64,000 nt of DNA, taken from NCBI RefSeq assembly GCF_000150275.1, contig NW_002060949.1, positions 5,685,535-5,749,534 of the forward strand, given 5' to 3'. The stretch comes from Trichoplax adhaerens (lineage: Eukaryota; Animalia; Placozoa). Made by a program: the position numbers and the translations under genes. A model generated the notes under the pieces. The model was not told the origin of the DNA. It saw only the letters and a program-made list of their open reading frames with translations, and ran no database searches. Each line of letters opens with the position of its first letter. Positions within the stretch are counted from its first letter, which is position 1. Shown piece after piece: positions 1-14,911 of this stretch.

Positions 1-2012
1 GGTGCAAAGTAGTTTCCTAAAACGGATCTTGAGAGCGATTGGTTAGCAATTGTTTAGTTTTAAATACCTCTGACGGCTCTACGAAGCCTATAAATGATAG
101 TGCAATTAGAAAATTTAGGTAGAGAGTAGAAGAAGATTTTATTTGAAGAACTTATTGAATTTAAAAGGCCTTTGGGGTCGAATTGTCGTAAGTTAAACGT
201 TCTTCTTTTTGAAAGGTTGTTTGGTCGTTGACAGTTTTTAAGTCTGTCAATTATTTTAATAATACTTAAAGCTAAGTATTTGTAAGGTTGTTCGGTTTAT
301 ACTTCTCTCCATTTTTGTTTTGTAATAAATTGTTGTTCGATTATTTCCCCAAATTTTATTTGATGTCAAAGTATTAGCGTTAAGTCAACCGGAGTACAAC
401 GAAAGTAGAATCAAAGTTTGTTAAAGTTTTGTAGCTTGATCTCTACACTTTACATTTCTTTACATTAATTATCTATATGTAGTTATACGTATTTTGTTAA
501 ATTGTAAAATACGAAGTTACCATTGTGTAACATTAACTTATGTTATATGTCGTTGGTAACGATACATTGTTACTTTCATTTTACATGATATTAATTATCC
601 TCATGTACTCATACGTATTATTCTAAATTTACTCTGTACGTTTGAAATCGCATTTTTATTGTTGATTTAGATGTAGTATAGGTGATATACACGTAAATAC
701 AAGTAATGCCCGTATATCGTCGTTCTGTAAGTTGCTCAGCTCGTATTTAGCTATTGAAAATCTCAGGAGTATACGCTCGTATCTACTTTACCGTATTATA
801 TCCTTTAACAATTAGTATTACGTATTATCTGTTAATCTTAATATTTATTTAATATAGAGTATTCTTGTACATTAGACTGCTGTCTAATGTCTACTATAGT
901 CAGATAATGTTTTAATTTACTAATGCTTAGTGACTTGTAATTGACGTTTATCATAATGAATGGATGTGTCCTTATTAAATCGCCCTTTCAACATAAGTCA
1001 GTAAAATTGAAATTTTAATAGTTAAGAATGATGAAAGTTAATGGTGAGAAGATAATATTAATGATGGATTAATTGTTAAGGGCATGTAACTTTTATTATT
1101 ACATTGTATTCGCTACGATTAATAAAGATAAAATACATCAAGTTTACGCTACTTGAAATATACAATGGAAGAATGCTAAAATAAGTGTTCGAGTACTTTC
1201 TTTCTTTAATTGACTGCAAGATCATTCTAAAGAATAGAAATAAATACTTCAGTAATTTGTACTATACTACTCTAATAAATCTACAAGAAGATCATATAAT
1301 CTTTAATTTCAATCGCAAAATCAACTTGACTATTTTGATCTACCAATTCGCTTTGAAATTGCTCAATAACAAATTGACTATAAACTACAGCTGTTTATAC
1401 AGGATACTAGACGATAGTATGTAGAGGTATGAAGTGAATAATTTTAATGTTATTAAGCAAAATTTTTATCCGAGATCATACCTAAGTTAATTGACTAACA
1501 CTTAACTGGGTCATTTTTTTCTTTCATTATATTAAATATTCGTGTAGTTGACAAGTTGGTTATACTTCTGGTAAAGTTAAACCATGTTAACAGAAAGTTA
1601 ATAGGAACGTATTCACCATACAACATAATTACGAATAAAGGATATACAGTACGAGTATACGCATATACATACATGTACATATCTATTCACATCAGTTTAT
1701 CAATTGTAGCTTGTATCGAATAATTATTCATAGCTTTAAGAATTATACCTAAGAGTCTATTACAAAGAAGTGTATTAAATATGACGAAAAATATCAAACA
1801 TTATATATACGACTACTGATAACTGTAAATAATATTAAGATAGCGTACATATAAGGCAAATTATATAGTACAAGATCTAGCTTTTTATATGACAATTGAG
1901 GATTTACGTAATATAATAATATATATGTTTCCTTTCTTCTTGAATTGACTTTGAGATGAATTTTTTCTACAGTTTGCTAATTCAAGTTAAATAGGGTAAA
2001 GAATGAATAAAA

Positions 2013-5000
2013 TTAAAATGTAGAATTTAATCTATTAGCTTCATTATTAACTTCCAAGTATTTTTTCATTTCATGGTGAAGTTGTACTTCTGAATCAGAA
2101 TCGTCCCAGCTATCACCATCATTTGCATCATCTAACTGTTCTGTACCCTGGCTCTTTCTGTTTATTAACAATTGTTGATGCGTGACTTTATCCCATGAAT
2201 AATGTGTTATATTAATAGGTTGATTAACCCATTGATTTTTTTCTATATCCCAAATGGTAGCTCTTTCATTTGGGTTTGGATGTAATAGCCAAGATATAAC
2301 TCCAAATAGAGCTTTAGTAACTTGGAATGGAGGCTTTAACTTACTTTTAATCGTTTCTTCAGGGTCTAAGTAAGGGTTTTCGCCAAAGGTCAGTGTATAT
2401 AATGTGACACCTAAGGCAAATATATCTAGTTCGGGACCTGGGTATTTGTTTCCTAATAGAACCTCCGGTGCACAATATTCAACAGTACCACAGAATGTGG
2501 AAAATAATTTACCAGGTTCGATAAATGCCGCTGAGCCGAAGTCAATCAACTTAACACGGAACATTTCGTTAATGATGATATTTTCATCTTTAATATCACG
2601 ATGGACGATGTCTAATTGATGTAAGTAAGCAACGGCTGCAACAATTTGGCGAAAAATATAACTTGCTAAGGCTTCATCGAAATCTGGCCCACATTCTATA
2701 AATTCAAAAAGGTCTATACCAGAGCCATGCTTTTCCATCACAACTTGGAAGTAGTCTTTATTTTCGAATGCGTCAATCATACGAACAATGTTTGGATGAT
2801 TAAGTTGACTAAGAAAGTATATTTCTAAAGGGACTTTACCATACTTTTCTATATTCATCCATGATTCATTGAATATTTTCGATTTTTGGATAAATTTAAC
2901 TACACAACTTTTTTTATCCGATTTTCTTTCCGCTAGTTGTACGAATCCGAATGCGCCTTTACCTAATGTTTCTAATGTAGTATAATGCTTATCATAAGAT
3001 CCGTGCCATGGTTCGTCTTCACTTTCATATTCAACACTTTGGCTTGGTGGTCTTGTTGGTATATCTTTCATGGGAGTAGCATAGAGAGAGCTATTAAAAC
3101 TAGAACCCAATGTCATGCTGGCTGACATTCGGCCGTATTCACCCAAATCGTCAGGATCACGAGCGATCCAAGTACAGTAAATAACTTTATCGTTGTCAAG
3201 TACTATGCGCTTGATTTGAAATATGATTCCTGTCATATAATAAACCAGCAGTCATTTAATTGTTAATTGCGATTAAGATCAAAAATAAAGGTACAACTAA
3301 TAAAACATGTTTCTTTTTGTAATCATAATTACCACATTACTATAATGTTACTAACTAGGTTAAGAAAAGATATAATTTTAAAGAGGATCGTAAGGAGATG
3401 ATTGTTAAACTGCTATACCTAGAAAATTTCCGTCTTTATGTATAGCAACACCAACAAAGCAGCCTTCTTTAATTTTACTTGTGTCAGTTGCAAGCTGTAT
3501 ATCTTCCGAGTGTTGAGAACTGAGTAATCCAGTAGAACGGATAGGTGTGGATGTTATATCTTGATCATCTAAATATATTCGTATATAAATTTTTAATTAT
3601 CACGGAGTTAATGATAGGAACTATTTTACAAGATCAAGGATATAATTTTATTTGTTATTAAACTATTTGTCCCGTTTACTTCGTTGAGCGTTTAAATCGT
3701 CGTATGTGCTATAATTTTCATTAACAGGTTGTGAACTGAATGAAATATCGGATACATCAGAAATATAGGAATCACCATGAAATGCTCTTGTTGAAAGGTC
3801 TATTAATTACATTTAATTAATTAAAATTAAATTAATTGACTATGAGCTTACAGTTTCTAATTAGACAACATATCTTTTCAAAAAATAAAAAATTGAGCAT
3901 TATTAGTTATATGCAGCATAAAATACCTTTACAAGAATTTGAGATTGTTGAATCTTCTTCATCCATCGGCGGTAAAGGCATTGAATTATCGTCAATGCCG
4001 CTGTTAATATGGTCATAAAACTGCGGAATAATGGAAGTAGCATCTTTTCCGATTAATTCTTCTTTAGAATAGCCAAGCAAAGTCTTAATGAAGTACTCAT
4101 TACAGTTATGAATTGTTCCATCAGGTAAGAAACTAATTAATCCGCTTATGTTTGCAAAAACCCATACTATCCCTTGATATAAGCAAGGAGTATTGGTTAG
4201 GTCATAATTTAAAACTTCCGAACAGTAAGTTTTGGCTTGTTGCAATAGACTCTCATCTTTCTCTTCTTTTATAGCCATTGTTAAGGGAAAATTGTTGCCA
4301 CTTTTAGTTCGCCCAGTAGCCAACTGCCGCTTCAATTCCTAATTAACAATATTGATGTAATTAATATGCTTGTACAAAACTTGTACTGTGTGTAATTTTG
4401 ATCCACTATCACGACTGCTTTGTTAGTTCGGTGATTATTATATGCGTATTTATTTTAGCATAAGGTGCAGACATCCATATAGTGGAAATACAAGATTCGG
4501 AAGAACATCAAGAGTACATCGTATATGATAGTAAGCATACAATATGTACAATATACGTATATTTTTGTATATCTTATTATTAAAAAATGCATTAACTAAC
4601 CTTTTTTATAGATGATCCATCAGGTGGAATTGTTAACGATGGTATTAAGTTTGTCAATTTTGAACCACGAATATCATCCATAGAGTCATATCCATGCAAG
4701 AGGGCAAATTGGTTATCAGCATTTAAAATTATACCCTAGCCAAGAGACCAAATAGATAAATACCATTAAAATTAAAGTAACAGGAACTGTGTTATATAAA
4801 TAGAATTAAAGATACATAAGGAAGAATTTAGCTTAGGTAATGGTTAGATGAGACAACACATTCAATAATTTGTCTCATGCTAACTCTCTTCGCTAGTATG
4901 CTACATCATTCGCGTTATAGTCGAAATCTATTAATTTAAAAGCAATTACTTCAGAACGTATGATGTAAAGAGTATATATTGCTGCGCTTAAAATAACTGT

Positions 5001-8000
5001 TGCGCTCTAACGTAATCATAGAATTATTTCTATACAGTTAACATAAGCAATTTGATCCCTGGATTATGATTTAATATAAATTCAGAATTACAATGTTACA
5101 GATAGGTAAAAATATTCAAACAGGGTCTGTATTCAGCTATCATGTAAACAAATATGGTCCATATTTTAAAGGTGACAATACTAAAATTATGGATATAAGA
5201 TAATGCAAAAAATTTTAATTGTCCGCTGATTCATGACTAAAAACTAAGAGTATACTCATATCTTGCGCAAGCACATACTTAAGAACTTGCGTAGGGTTAC
5301 ATTAGCTGATTTTAACTCTTACTTAAGATTAAAATTTTAAATAAGATAACTACTAATAGTTGCTGCATATTTAGTCTTCTAAGGTTAGCTACCGAGCGAA
5401 AAATTTTATCGCAAAATATGAACTGTATTCATATAAGACGATACATTGTATAGAATATAATTAAATTAAGGTCAATAGACTTATACATGTAATGTACTCG
5501 TGCATATATAAAGCATCATAATAAATTTATACTCATAGTGGTGTCAAGATTTAAAAACTGATAAAGTGATGTCATTATATCATTTATCAATATAAAGCTA
5601 ACAAGTATACAGTATACTCTAATCGATTCGCAAAAGTATTACCGAGCATTGAAAGCGTTTGATGTCAATAATTATAAATATAATAATTTGCTACTGTTAT
5701 ACCCGCCGCATAGTACATTAATTACTAGGCAGCTAATTTAGCAATCTGGTAAAAGTAGAATCGCTTAGATGTAATAATAATATCACATTAACCTCTATTA
5801 ATGTTACTTTATAAATCAAGCTGTTTCATTAGAACGCCTAATTTATTACGTAAAGGTATCATAGCGAGTACAATTTTCATAAGAGTAATCAAATTTCTAT
5901 ATTCACCTATCTCCTTAAGCTAAAATCATTATTTGGAGTATAAATATAATACATTCTTTGTTTATTTATTCCACTCTGGTAGATTGTATTGTTACCATTA
6001 TCTGCATGTAATTGTATAGTATCGTACACCTGCACTACCGTTACCATCAATACTATGGGTATATTAAAACTATAACGAAATATAATTACTATATCAAGAA
6101 TTACTTTGTTTTCACCTTTGTATCATCAATAATCATTATAACCGTTATAAAAGGGTGATACCGTACTGATAACATTTTTTAGGACATAGCATTCATTATT
6201 GAGATGTTGCTATCTTCAATGTTCTCGTTATATCATTTTTATAATCACCTCCTACCTTCGAATCAAATAAGACTGCAGCTGTTACTCGTTCAACCGGTTC
6301 AATAACGGCAATACAGCGAATATTTTTGTTGGAGGACGATTGCATTTTCTTCATCCATAATGATACCGGTATTAAGTTACCTTTAGCATCAACAGCATCC
6401 ATCTACAAATATGATTATAGCTGCCAGTTTAATATATCGACAATTTGAAATGCGGATACGGTTTGAAGCAGAATAGTAAGAGAATCAAGATCATTAACTA
6501 AAAGTATAAACTATATGATAGGCAGCATGGGGGAGGAGGGTTTAGAAAGATATTGTTATACAGTAGGCTATGTTCCATTGTTATACTTGTAGATTATCAA
6601 CTAACCACTTTGCCATTAATGAAGACTACTTGACCATCAGTATCGAGAATCTCTTCACCAAGTGCTTCTTGTCGGTCTTGATTATGCGACAACAACTGTG
6701 ACATTTTCATACCGACTAATTCATGCTCTTTATAACCAAACATCATGCAAGCGATACTATTAGCCATTAAAATACATGATGTGCGAGCGTCTAACGTGAC
6801 AACAGCTTTGTTAGGGTTACGGATAATTTTAGGTAAAGCGCTACCCACATCACCTAAGGAGAAAATGCAATTGGAAAATCATATTTTCGGAAAAATAAAA
6901 AAGATAATATAGGTATAAGAAAATGATTATCAGCGTGTTGATTGAGTCGAAATTTATACATTAACATACCGACGAAATTATAAAATTGCCACGAGGCTCC
7001 CATTGATGCATTTAGTCCAGAACCTTTCGGCTTGGATAACGAACCTACTGCATAGCCAGAAGCAAAACTACAGCTATTTATTGATTGGCATAATTGATCT
7101 AATTCGCCTTGGACTGCGCTTTCATCGATACTACTACTTTCCTCGTTGTCTGATGTACTTGTAGTTGTGTTAACATTACTTCGACCAATTTTGATGTAAT
7201 TTAGCGGGGAGTAGTGATAAGAATAATTCAATGATTTATTTAAACGTTGATTTATGTTACTAACAAACATGGCCGATTTATTTAATTTCCAGTGAAGTTG
7301 AGGATCCTAGATTGAATATTGATCAATAATGAACTCGAATTATTACTTAACATTTTCTATCGCAATACGTATATTTTTCTACAGTCAAACACTTACTAAA
7401 TGTAGAATAATAGTCACGATTTTAGTTGATTTATACATCTAGCAATTAGAATTCCTGTTATCGTGATTTATCGATAACGTTTTAAATTAGTTTAGATAGA
7501 GTACATACAGTAATGCATCATAGTGACTAGAGAGTACTATAGAAGGATACGGTTACAGTATACCATCCAATACAATACTTGATGGAAATACTACTAGACA
7601 GTAATGTATGCCGACCACAAGTACCGTAGGTCACAGTCTATTTGACAGAGGATGAATTCCATCCTTTTTATAATTTACCCCCAAAACTGTGGAGGAAGAT
7701 TTGTACTTTGGAGAGTAATAAAAAACGAGCCTTTGCAAGTAAGGTGTGTACATTTCTATTAGTATGCTGTACGCTAGTCTAGGACTACCATTGGCGACCG
7801 AGATAAACTAACAGTATTGCCTTTGATTAGAATTCTTTATTTTTGAGTACTAACAGTCGTTGACTCGCTGCCAGTAACAGTAAGTGTTGAGATTGTTGGT
7901 GTTTACTTACAATTTGTGTCTGTAATCCTTTTTCGACATCAGTAACACTCGTATCCTCATCTTGGGTTGATTTATCGATATTTTTCATCAAGGGTAAACT

Positions 8001-8081
8001 TCTCCCAAGTCGATTATCATCCATTAAAGCGACTTTGCTATAGCAAAATCGATCTAAATTCCTTTGTTTCACCTGCGCCAT
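2013..8081 (-). CDS. PASK: PAS domain-containing serine/threonine kinase (multi-exon)
   Basis: Last exon (~2013-3229) has a complete CAMK-type kinase domain (LGKGAFGFV, HRDIKDEN, IDFG, TFCGTVEYCAPE). Upstream exons encode PAS segments typical of PASK (RNPNKAVVTLDA, IPVSLWMKK, CIAVIEPVERVTA, GIVWVFANISGLISFLPDGTIHNCN). First exon 8081-7911 ends at GTAAGT and joins in frame to the exon at 7306. Confidence 0.93.
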
Positions 8082-8146
8082 CTTGCAACTCTGTCAATTT
8101 TGAATTCTGAGCATGCCAAGTGGATAACTGTACAAAAACGATGTTT

Positions 8147-8362
8147 GCAGCCATGGAAACGCGCCGCCCTTGCGATTACAGTGTAATGTACTGTGTAACA
8201 TGCCTACAGTACAAACTGTACAGGACTGTACAGTACAGTATTACGCGCGATAGTTTTATACAGTACAGTACTGTGCAGTACTGTACAGTACACTGCATAC
8301 CAGAGCTTTACAGTGCATTGTACTGTACTACAGGCCTTGGCCTGACGTTAATAACTACTGTA
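8147..8362. promoter_or_regulatory. PASK upstream region: X-box-like half site (GCAGCCATGGAAAC) followed by a CAGTA/TACTG pentamer array
   Basis: Motifs read directly 70-280 bp upstream of the PASK ATG. Function is inferred. Confidence 0.45.
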
Positions 8363-8475
8363 TAATAATAATAATAATAATAATTAAAATTATTGTAATT
8401 CAAAGCTGGAAGGAAGGGGACGGCAAGCAATTTTGTAGTTAATTAGCTTCTAATTAGTAAAAATTTCGATAGATA

Positions 8476-9440
8476 TTTGTCGAAGCATTGTTGAAGGATA
8501 ACTTTCTCACTGGGTTGTAATATGTAAAGCAAGCCCCTCTTTATTATGTTATATACAGTATTAAGTACGCTTATGTTATTGTAAGAAATTTCTTCCTAAG
8601 AGCAAAAAATCGAATCTGCAATAAATGCAGAACCCCTTTAAATCATACATCGGATTTAAAATCCCAAGTGTATGGATGTCCTTTTGAAACAACTCAAAGC
8701 TATTGAAAATATCGTTAGGTGTTTACCGAAGCATTGTTGAAAGACAACTTTCTCACTGGGTTGTAATATGTGCAGTAAGCCCCTCTCTGTTATGTACAGT
8801 ACGATGTTAAGTATGCGTATGTTATTATAAGAAATTTCTTCCTAAATACAAAAAATCGTATCTGCAATAAATACTGAACCCCTTTTAAATCATACGTTGG
8901 ATTTAAAATCCTAAGTGTATGTATCTCCCTTTGAAATAACTCAAAATTATTAAAAATATCGTTAGATGTTCGTAAGATAACTCTTTTATTGGGTTGTAAT
9001 GCTTACAGTAAGTCCCTCTCTGTACATGCTATTCTCGTATAGTGTTAAGTACGCGAATGTTATCGTAAGAAATTTCTTCTTAAGTGCAAAAATCGTATCT
9101 GCAATAAATGCTGAATCCCTTTAAATTAGCATAGGATTTAAAATCCTAAGCATATGCATCTCCCTTTGAAACAACCCATAATTATTAAAATGTCAATAGC
9201 TATTTGCCGAGACAGTGTTGAAATATAACTTTCTCTTCCTGATGGTACTGTAATATATATAGATAGTAAGCTCGTTTCTGTACATATTATATATATTATT
9301 AAGTGCCCGTATATTAATTATTGTAAGAAATTTCTTCTTAAGTACAAAAAATCGTATCTGCAATTCGGTATAGATCATACATAGAATTTAAAACCCTAAG
9401 TGTATGTACTCGTATATCTTTTTGAAACAATCCATAATTT
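8476..9440. repeat. Tandem repeat, ~4 diverged copies of a ~230-245 bp unit
   Basis: Blocks TAAGAAATTTCTT, AAAAATCG(A/T)ATCTGCAAT, ATTTAAAA(T/C)CC and TTTGAAA recur at ~240 bp spacing. Units start near 8476, 8722, 8969 and 9200. Confidence 0.92.
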
Positions 9441-10703
9441 AATATTGCAGCTATAGCGGACTATAATGCAATTGTAGTTTCCGACTACGGATATACAAAA
9501 GCTGTATTAAAAGGCTTTCATTTAGCCATAAATAAGTATACAATTATGATCTGTGATTTGTAAAGGAATTCAATTTTACATGCTAAAATTATATCTACAT
9601 AGATGTAAAAATAATTTTTATTCTTAAAATTTCACAGACAGAGTAGCTACGAATATCGTTGATCGAAGACGGTGAAAATCTATTTTCATTGAGTGCACTT
9701 TCACTTATTACGATGTACTGTAAATGAGGAGCACACACTGTTAATGTTTTATTATCGTGAGTCAAGTAGGAGTGATTGTAGAAATTAATTATTATACATT
9801 TCCTACTATTACTAGAGAACGCAGCTATTTTCTAATGTAAAATAAAATCATTACACAGATACAACACTTGATACAAAATCGTTAAAAAACTTTATCTTAT
9901 GTTTAATTATCCTCATAATTTCTTCATAGCCTTATCATATATTGATAGAATTTATCAAGTTAATACCAATTCAGCACACTTCAACTAAAATATCATGCGT
10001 TTCCTGATAAATTATCAAAATAATTATCAAAATAATTTATTCTTGAGCTATAAATGCACCATGACAATGCTGTGCTGCAGTTACGGCAAGCTTGTTTTAG
10101 GAAGAAACTCATAATCAAAGAGTAATAATAAGTATATAATTAAATGCGTCTATCGACGGTTTATGTGAAGATAAGTGCTACATGCCATACGTGATAATAT
10201 TATATAATGATGTGCAGAGATGGTAACAATAGAAGAAAGGGGGTTTACTAGTGCAACAACGAGATCCAATTAACGTAGAGAGATCAATAACAACATGAGG
10301 CTAACTCCTCAATGTGACAACTAACTTTAGTTACTTCTAACATACGTATATATACGAGTATATACGAATATAAGTGCATGTGGTATACTCATAGCATACA
10401 AGATAGTGCTTATTAACATCTCTCGACGGTACTTCAGTGTGTACTGTATGTATAAGACAATATAGTAACTACAATTATCACGTAGGTAATTGCGGCGCTA
10501 AAAATATAAGAAACACAGAACGATCGTGCATGAGTAGGTGCACGGTAGTCATACGACACCATACATTTCTGAAGAATTACTATTTTTTCACAACAGGGAT
10601 CATAAATTAATTTATTGGCAATACAACACGGTCAAAATGTTAATGTGATATGGACCACGGCAGAATATATATTATAGATTTTATAATAATTTTAAATTAT
10701 TCT

Positions 10704-13700
10704 CTACCAGAAGATTAATTTTAGTACATCTAGTTCTTTACCGTCATTTTCATGCCCAGCAACTTCGACGTTTGTTCCTTCAAAAGCATAATCTAGAACA
10801 TTGATGTTGCCACCTCTATACCGATTGCATTCTGTGCAGCCTGATGATAAAAATATTTTCAATTCAATGCTACACAGGTTTACCCAATAACAATATTCTA
10901 TAGTAGTTTTAAGTTGTATAAATAGTTTTGTAACGTTACAAACTTTCACTTAAGAAGAAGAACTTACATAGATATTTTTCAAAAAAATCGAAGCAGATTT
11001 TGTTACTGACTGCACCCTTTAGTGAGGGATCCAAATTACCAACTTTGGTCGTTTGGTTTGCAAGAAAGTAGGGAAGTAGCAATGGAAAATCAGTCAGATC
11101 TATATGACAAGTTTCCCTAGCGTTGTTAAGGAACAGTTATAAATTTTATTTTAAAGCTTTCCTCAGATCTGCCAAAGCAGTGCATGATTCATCTTTTCTA
11201 TAGATGCAGGATAAAAGAGCTTTATTTTTTTTGCTTCTTACCTTATTGTAAATAGTTTTCTGTCCGCATCTAGATTTATTGGTGAAATCAGTTTCATAAA
11301 AGCGGTGAGCTAATTGTTCACAAATTAATGCTAATCCTCATAGTAATGGACTTTATCATATCTTTATAAATCTGACTTACTTTCTGTATTATCTTTGTCC
11401 ATAAATCTTTGAATCTGTGTTATATTATGCGGCCAAGAAAATGAATGAGCGTTCAAAACATAGAATGGTTTGTTAAAATTATGATGAAGATCATGATCAA
11501 CAGGAAACATCCAAGGGTCTAAAGCTATTCCACAACTAAATCGGTGATCTTTTACCAATACGGTTGCTGTTGTAGCGCCGCCGAAGGAGTGCCCAAAGAT
11601 TCCCACGGATGACATGATTAGGCGATTCTATTTTCGTGGATAATAGTTGCTTTTTATTTACTTCAATATTAATTTCCGAATTATTGAAACTGCAATGCTT
11701 TAGTTATTTGAAATACATGTAAGGACATAACAAAAGATTATAATCGCATACTTCAAATTGGCCTAAATCGAAGTTTGTCTTTGATAAATTCTTAACAGGC
11801 TCACCATTTTGCAATTTGTTCAAGAAGTCTACCACCATTGAACATTCGCTTGCTCTCTGATTGACCTAATGAGCAATAGATTCAGAATAATGCGAATATA
11901 ATTATTTAATCCTATTTACAATCAATGTTACGACTGTACTGCTATTATCAATAATTGTGAAAGGCTTAGCTAAAACCTATAGACAATGTTGACTAAAAAT
12001 AAAGTTCTTGTAGTACAGGAGTATAAATTAAAGGAAGAGATACTTGATATACTTGCGTGTTTATTGAAATCTCAAATGTGAGCATTAATAAATTACGAAG
12101 ATATTTGGTCTATATATTATACAATCTATATATAGAAGTTCTATATCGTAGGCAAATCTGTAGTAATTTTTAATTCAGCTCAAGTAATTTTTAACGTATT
12201 TTATCGAAAATTCATGAAAGAACTAATGACGTTTTAGGATATATAAAATCTAGCTGATATTTTAAAAACGTACAGTATTATGGTTACTCCGATAACTATG
12301 ATTATTTGAGATACTTATGAATAGGTGCATAAATTCAATGATAAAGAACATTAGATCTGAAGTAGTATATAGATTTTTTATGGTATTAATTAAACTAAGT
12401 TTGCAGAAATTAAATACATATGTATCTGATTTTAATAACAACCGTTGATGTTAGGATACATGAGAATGAGATTGTTTTACTTATGCTATATCTATCATAT
12501 GATGCAGATATGCTCTTATAAGTGTAATAAATGTAATAGATTATGCGCTTATGATATACAGCTAGAGTAACAGCGAGCTAGTTCGCAATTCTTTGATCCA
12601 CAGTTTAATATAAATTCATTAATTAATTATATATCAATTTATTTATACAGAAATAGATCGCATAAAATATAATCGTTAAGCATTGAATTATTGGCAAATG
12701 ATTAACTAATATCAAGAGAATTTTGCCATTTTTTAAACCAGCAATAATAATTAAAGTATTAAACAATGATAATGAATAGATCAGTTACTAATAAAAGGTC
12801 TTACTTGTCTATTTCTATCTTCGTAGTCTCCATTCGTTTTCAAGAATTTGAAAGGGACATCGACACGTTTGCCTTCCTCATTGATGTAGTATGTGTAACA
12901 AGCAGATCCATCTCTACAGAAGTGGTCGAATTATACAGTAAGCTGAAAGTAACATACAATTGCTAAAGGTGGCTGCATATAAGGCTTTATGTATCCCAAA
13001 TAACATAAGTACTGTAATGAAAGATGGATATAAGGTATAGTATTTAGTCATATGTTCTTTCATATGACTAACTACATTCATCGAAATGCAGCGATATCTA
13101 ACTAATCGCTATAATTATGAATTATAGATACTTTAATTTTTATAGTTATTAATGTGCAAATAATGTGATTATTTATGCATTTATAATGTCCACAGTTATT
13201 AACAAAGACTGAATAAAAATCTTTAATGTCAGTAATTTGGATGATGAAATTTATTCATTTAAGAATACTTAGATAGTGAAGATTTAAAAATTTAAAACGC
13301 TATTGTAGATTTGAGATTGATTTGTTAGCATTTCATCAGAGAATAGAAAGCAAAAAGATAATGGCTCTGCAGTAAATACCACTTATACAAGAAGCATTGA
13401 AAACTCGCTTCAAATACAAACTTGCGGTCACGACTATTTGTAGTAAATCCTATTTGAAAACACCACGTAGTAAAACAAATCTAGTAGGAGTTAAATACTG
13501 AATCAAGCTTTCTTACAGTAAAATTCTAACGGTAAGGATATATATATGCAATATTTAATCGAACCAATTTTGTTCCTGTACATTGTAAAGAAACAAAACT
13601 GGTTTAATCAATACTTTTATCAACTATAACAAGTAAGATCTCCTAAGATAAGTGCAAAGTTCCTTGATCTACTAGATGCTGATAAAAAACTAATTTTAAT

Positions 13701-14911
13701 GTGCTAAATTCATGCCTCCACAAGTTTGATTTAGTAGCATATAAAAGACAACAACTATGACTTGTGTTAGTAGTAAAGGGCTCAGATGGCGCTCACGTCT
13801 TGACATAGCGATATTGCATTCGCGTTTTAGACTAATAAACAGTAGTATAGCGTTGTAAACTGTTATGTAACCTTTTCATCGCAATAGTTTAAGACTATTA
13901 TTTGATAAGAAACTTATGAATTAAGTCGAATATTATATGGTTGGACATAATGGATAAGGAGGATCTTCATAAAATCATCTCATTTAAACATTCACTTGCT
14001 ATATACCTGTGGTCAAGAGATGCAACAACGTAGCCATAAGAGGCGAATTCAGAACACAAGTTGCTTAACATAGCTCTATGGCACCCCAAACCATGAGAAC
14101 AAACCAAAACTGGCATAGAATTTAAGTTGAACTGAGATGAAGTAGAATAATCGTCATTGCTAGCTAACGGTGCATCTGCATATACTTTCGCCCTCATTCG
14201 GTCTACATAATGGAATACAAGTTAAATTGAATGCTAATATTTATATTTGTTATCGAGTATTTTTTTATGAATTCTAGCTCTGTATTGATTATTGAAAAAT
14301 TGTAAGCAGAATTAAATGGCTAATATACAATTAATATGTTTGGAGTACAGAATAATTTGTCTAATGGCTAATGGCGAGCGAAATAGGTTCCTTGATAACA
14401 CCAGTTATGCACTGCAAATGCTCTATCGATCCATATCGTTACTTGTTGGGAAATTTAAATGTTCTATCATAATAGGTGGTACACAAGTAGTTCTGTTTCT
14501 GTTTGTTTAGGCTTATGCGATTAAAGGAGTACAGTAATTTATGATATTTTAAGAACTGTAGCAAAACTCATAATGTCAGAATCGTAAAAGACACGCTTTA
14601 GTCGTTAAAAGGTTACGATAGAGAAAGATTACTCAGTCTGTACCAAATATCATGCTTGATATCCATTCCTCTACGGCATTCGTTTTTAGCTCTAGAGGTG
14701 CTTTGGCAATGGATTCAAAGTATTCTTTCTGGGGCTCTGGAAGCCATGATTTATAATTGTATTCATCTAACTTATGGCTAGGTAACGTTGGATAAAATAT
14801 ATCAAATAAACATCCATCACGATTACCCCACATTACTTCTGTAATACCGACATCGTAAGGTCCGGTAGGATTTGGTAAATCAAAAGTCCAAGTACTACAA
14901 TTAAAAGGCAT
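10704..14911 (-). CDS. PAF-acetylhydrolase family (PAFAH2/PLA2G7-like), copy A, 8 coding exons
   Basis: LPNPTGPYDVG, CSHGLG, ASYGYVVASLDHRDGSA, nucleophile GHSFGGAT, catalytic Asp in ALDPWMFP, catalytic His in ETCHIDLTDF. Exons join in frame at GT-AG sites. Confidence 0.93.

Noticed and set aside
1-1700. ORFs 1185-1424 and 1495-1680 and possible exon fragments at the left edge
   Set aside because: AT-rich sequence with non-protein-like composition and no supportable gene model.
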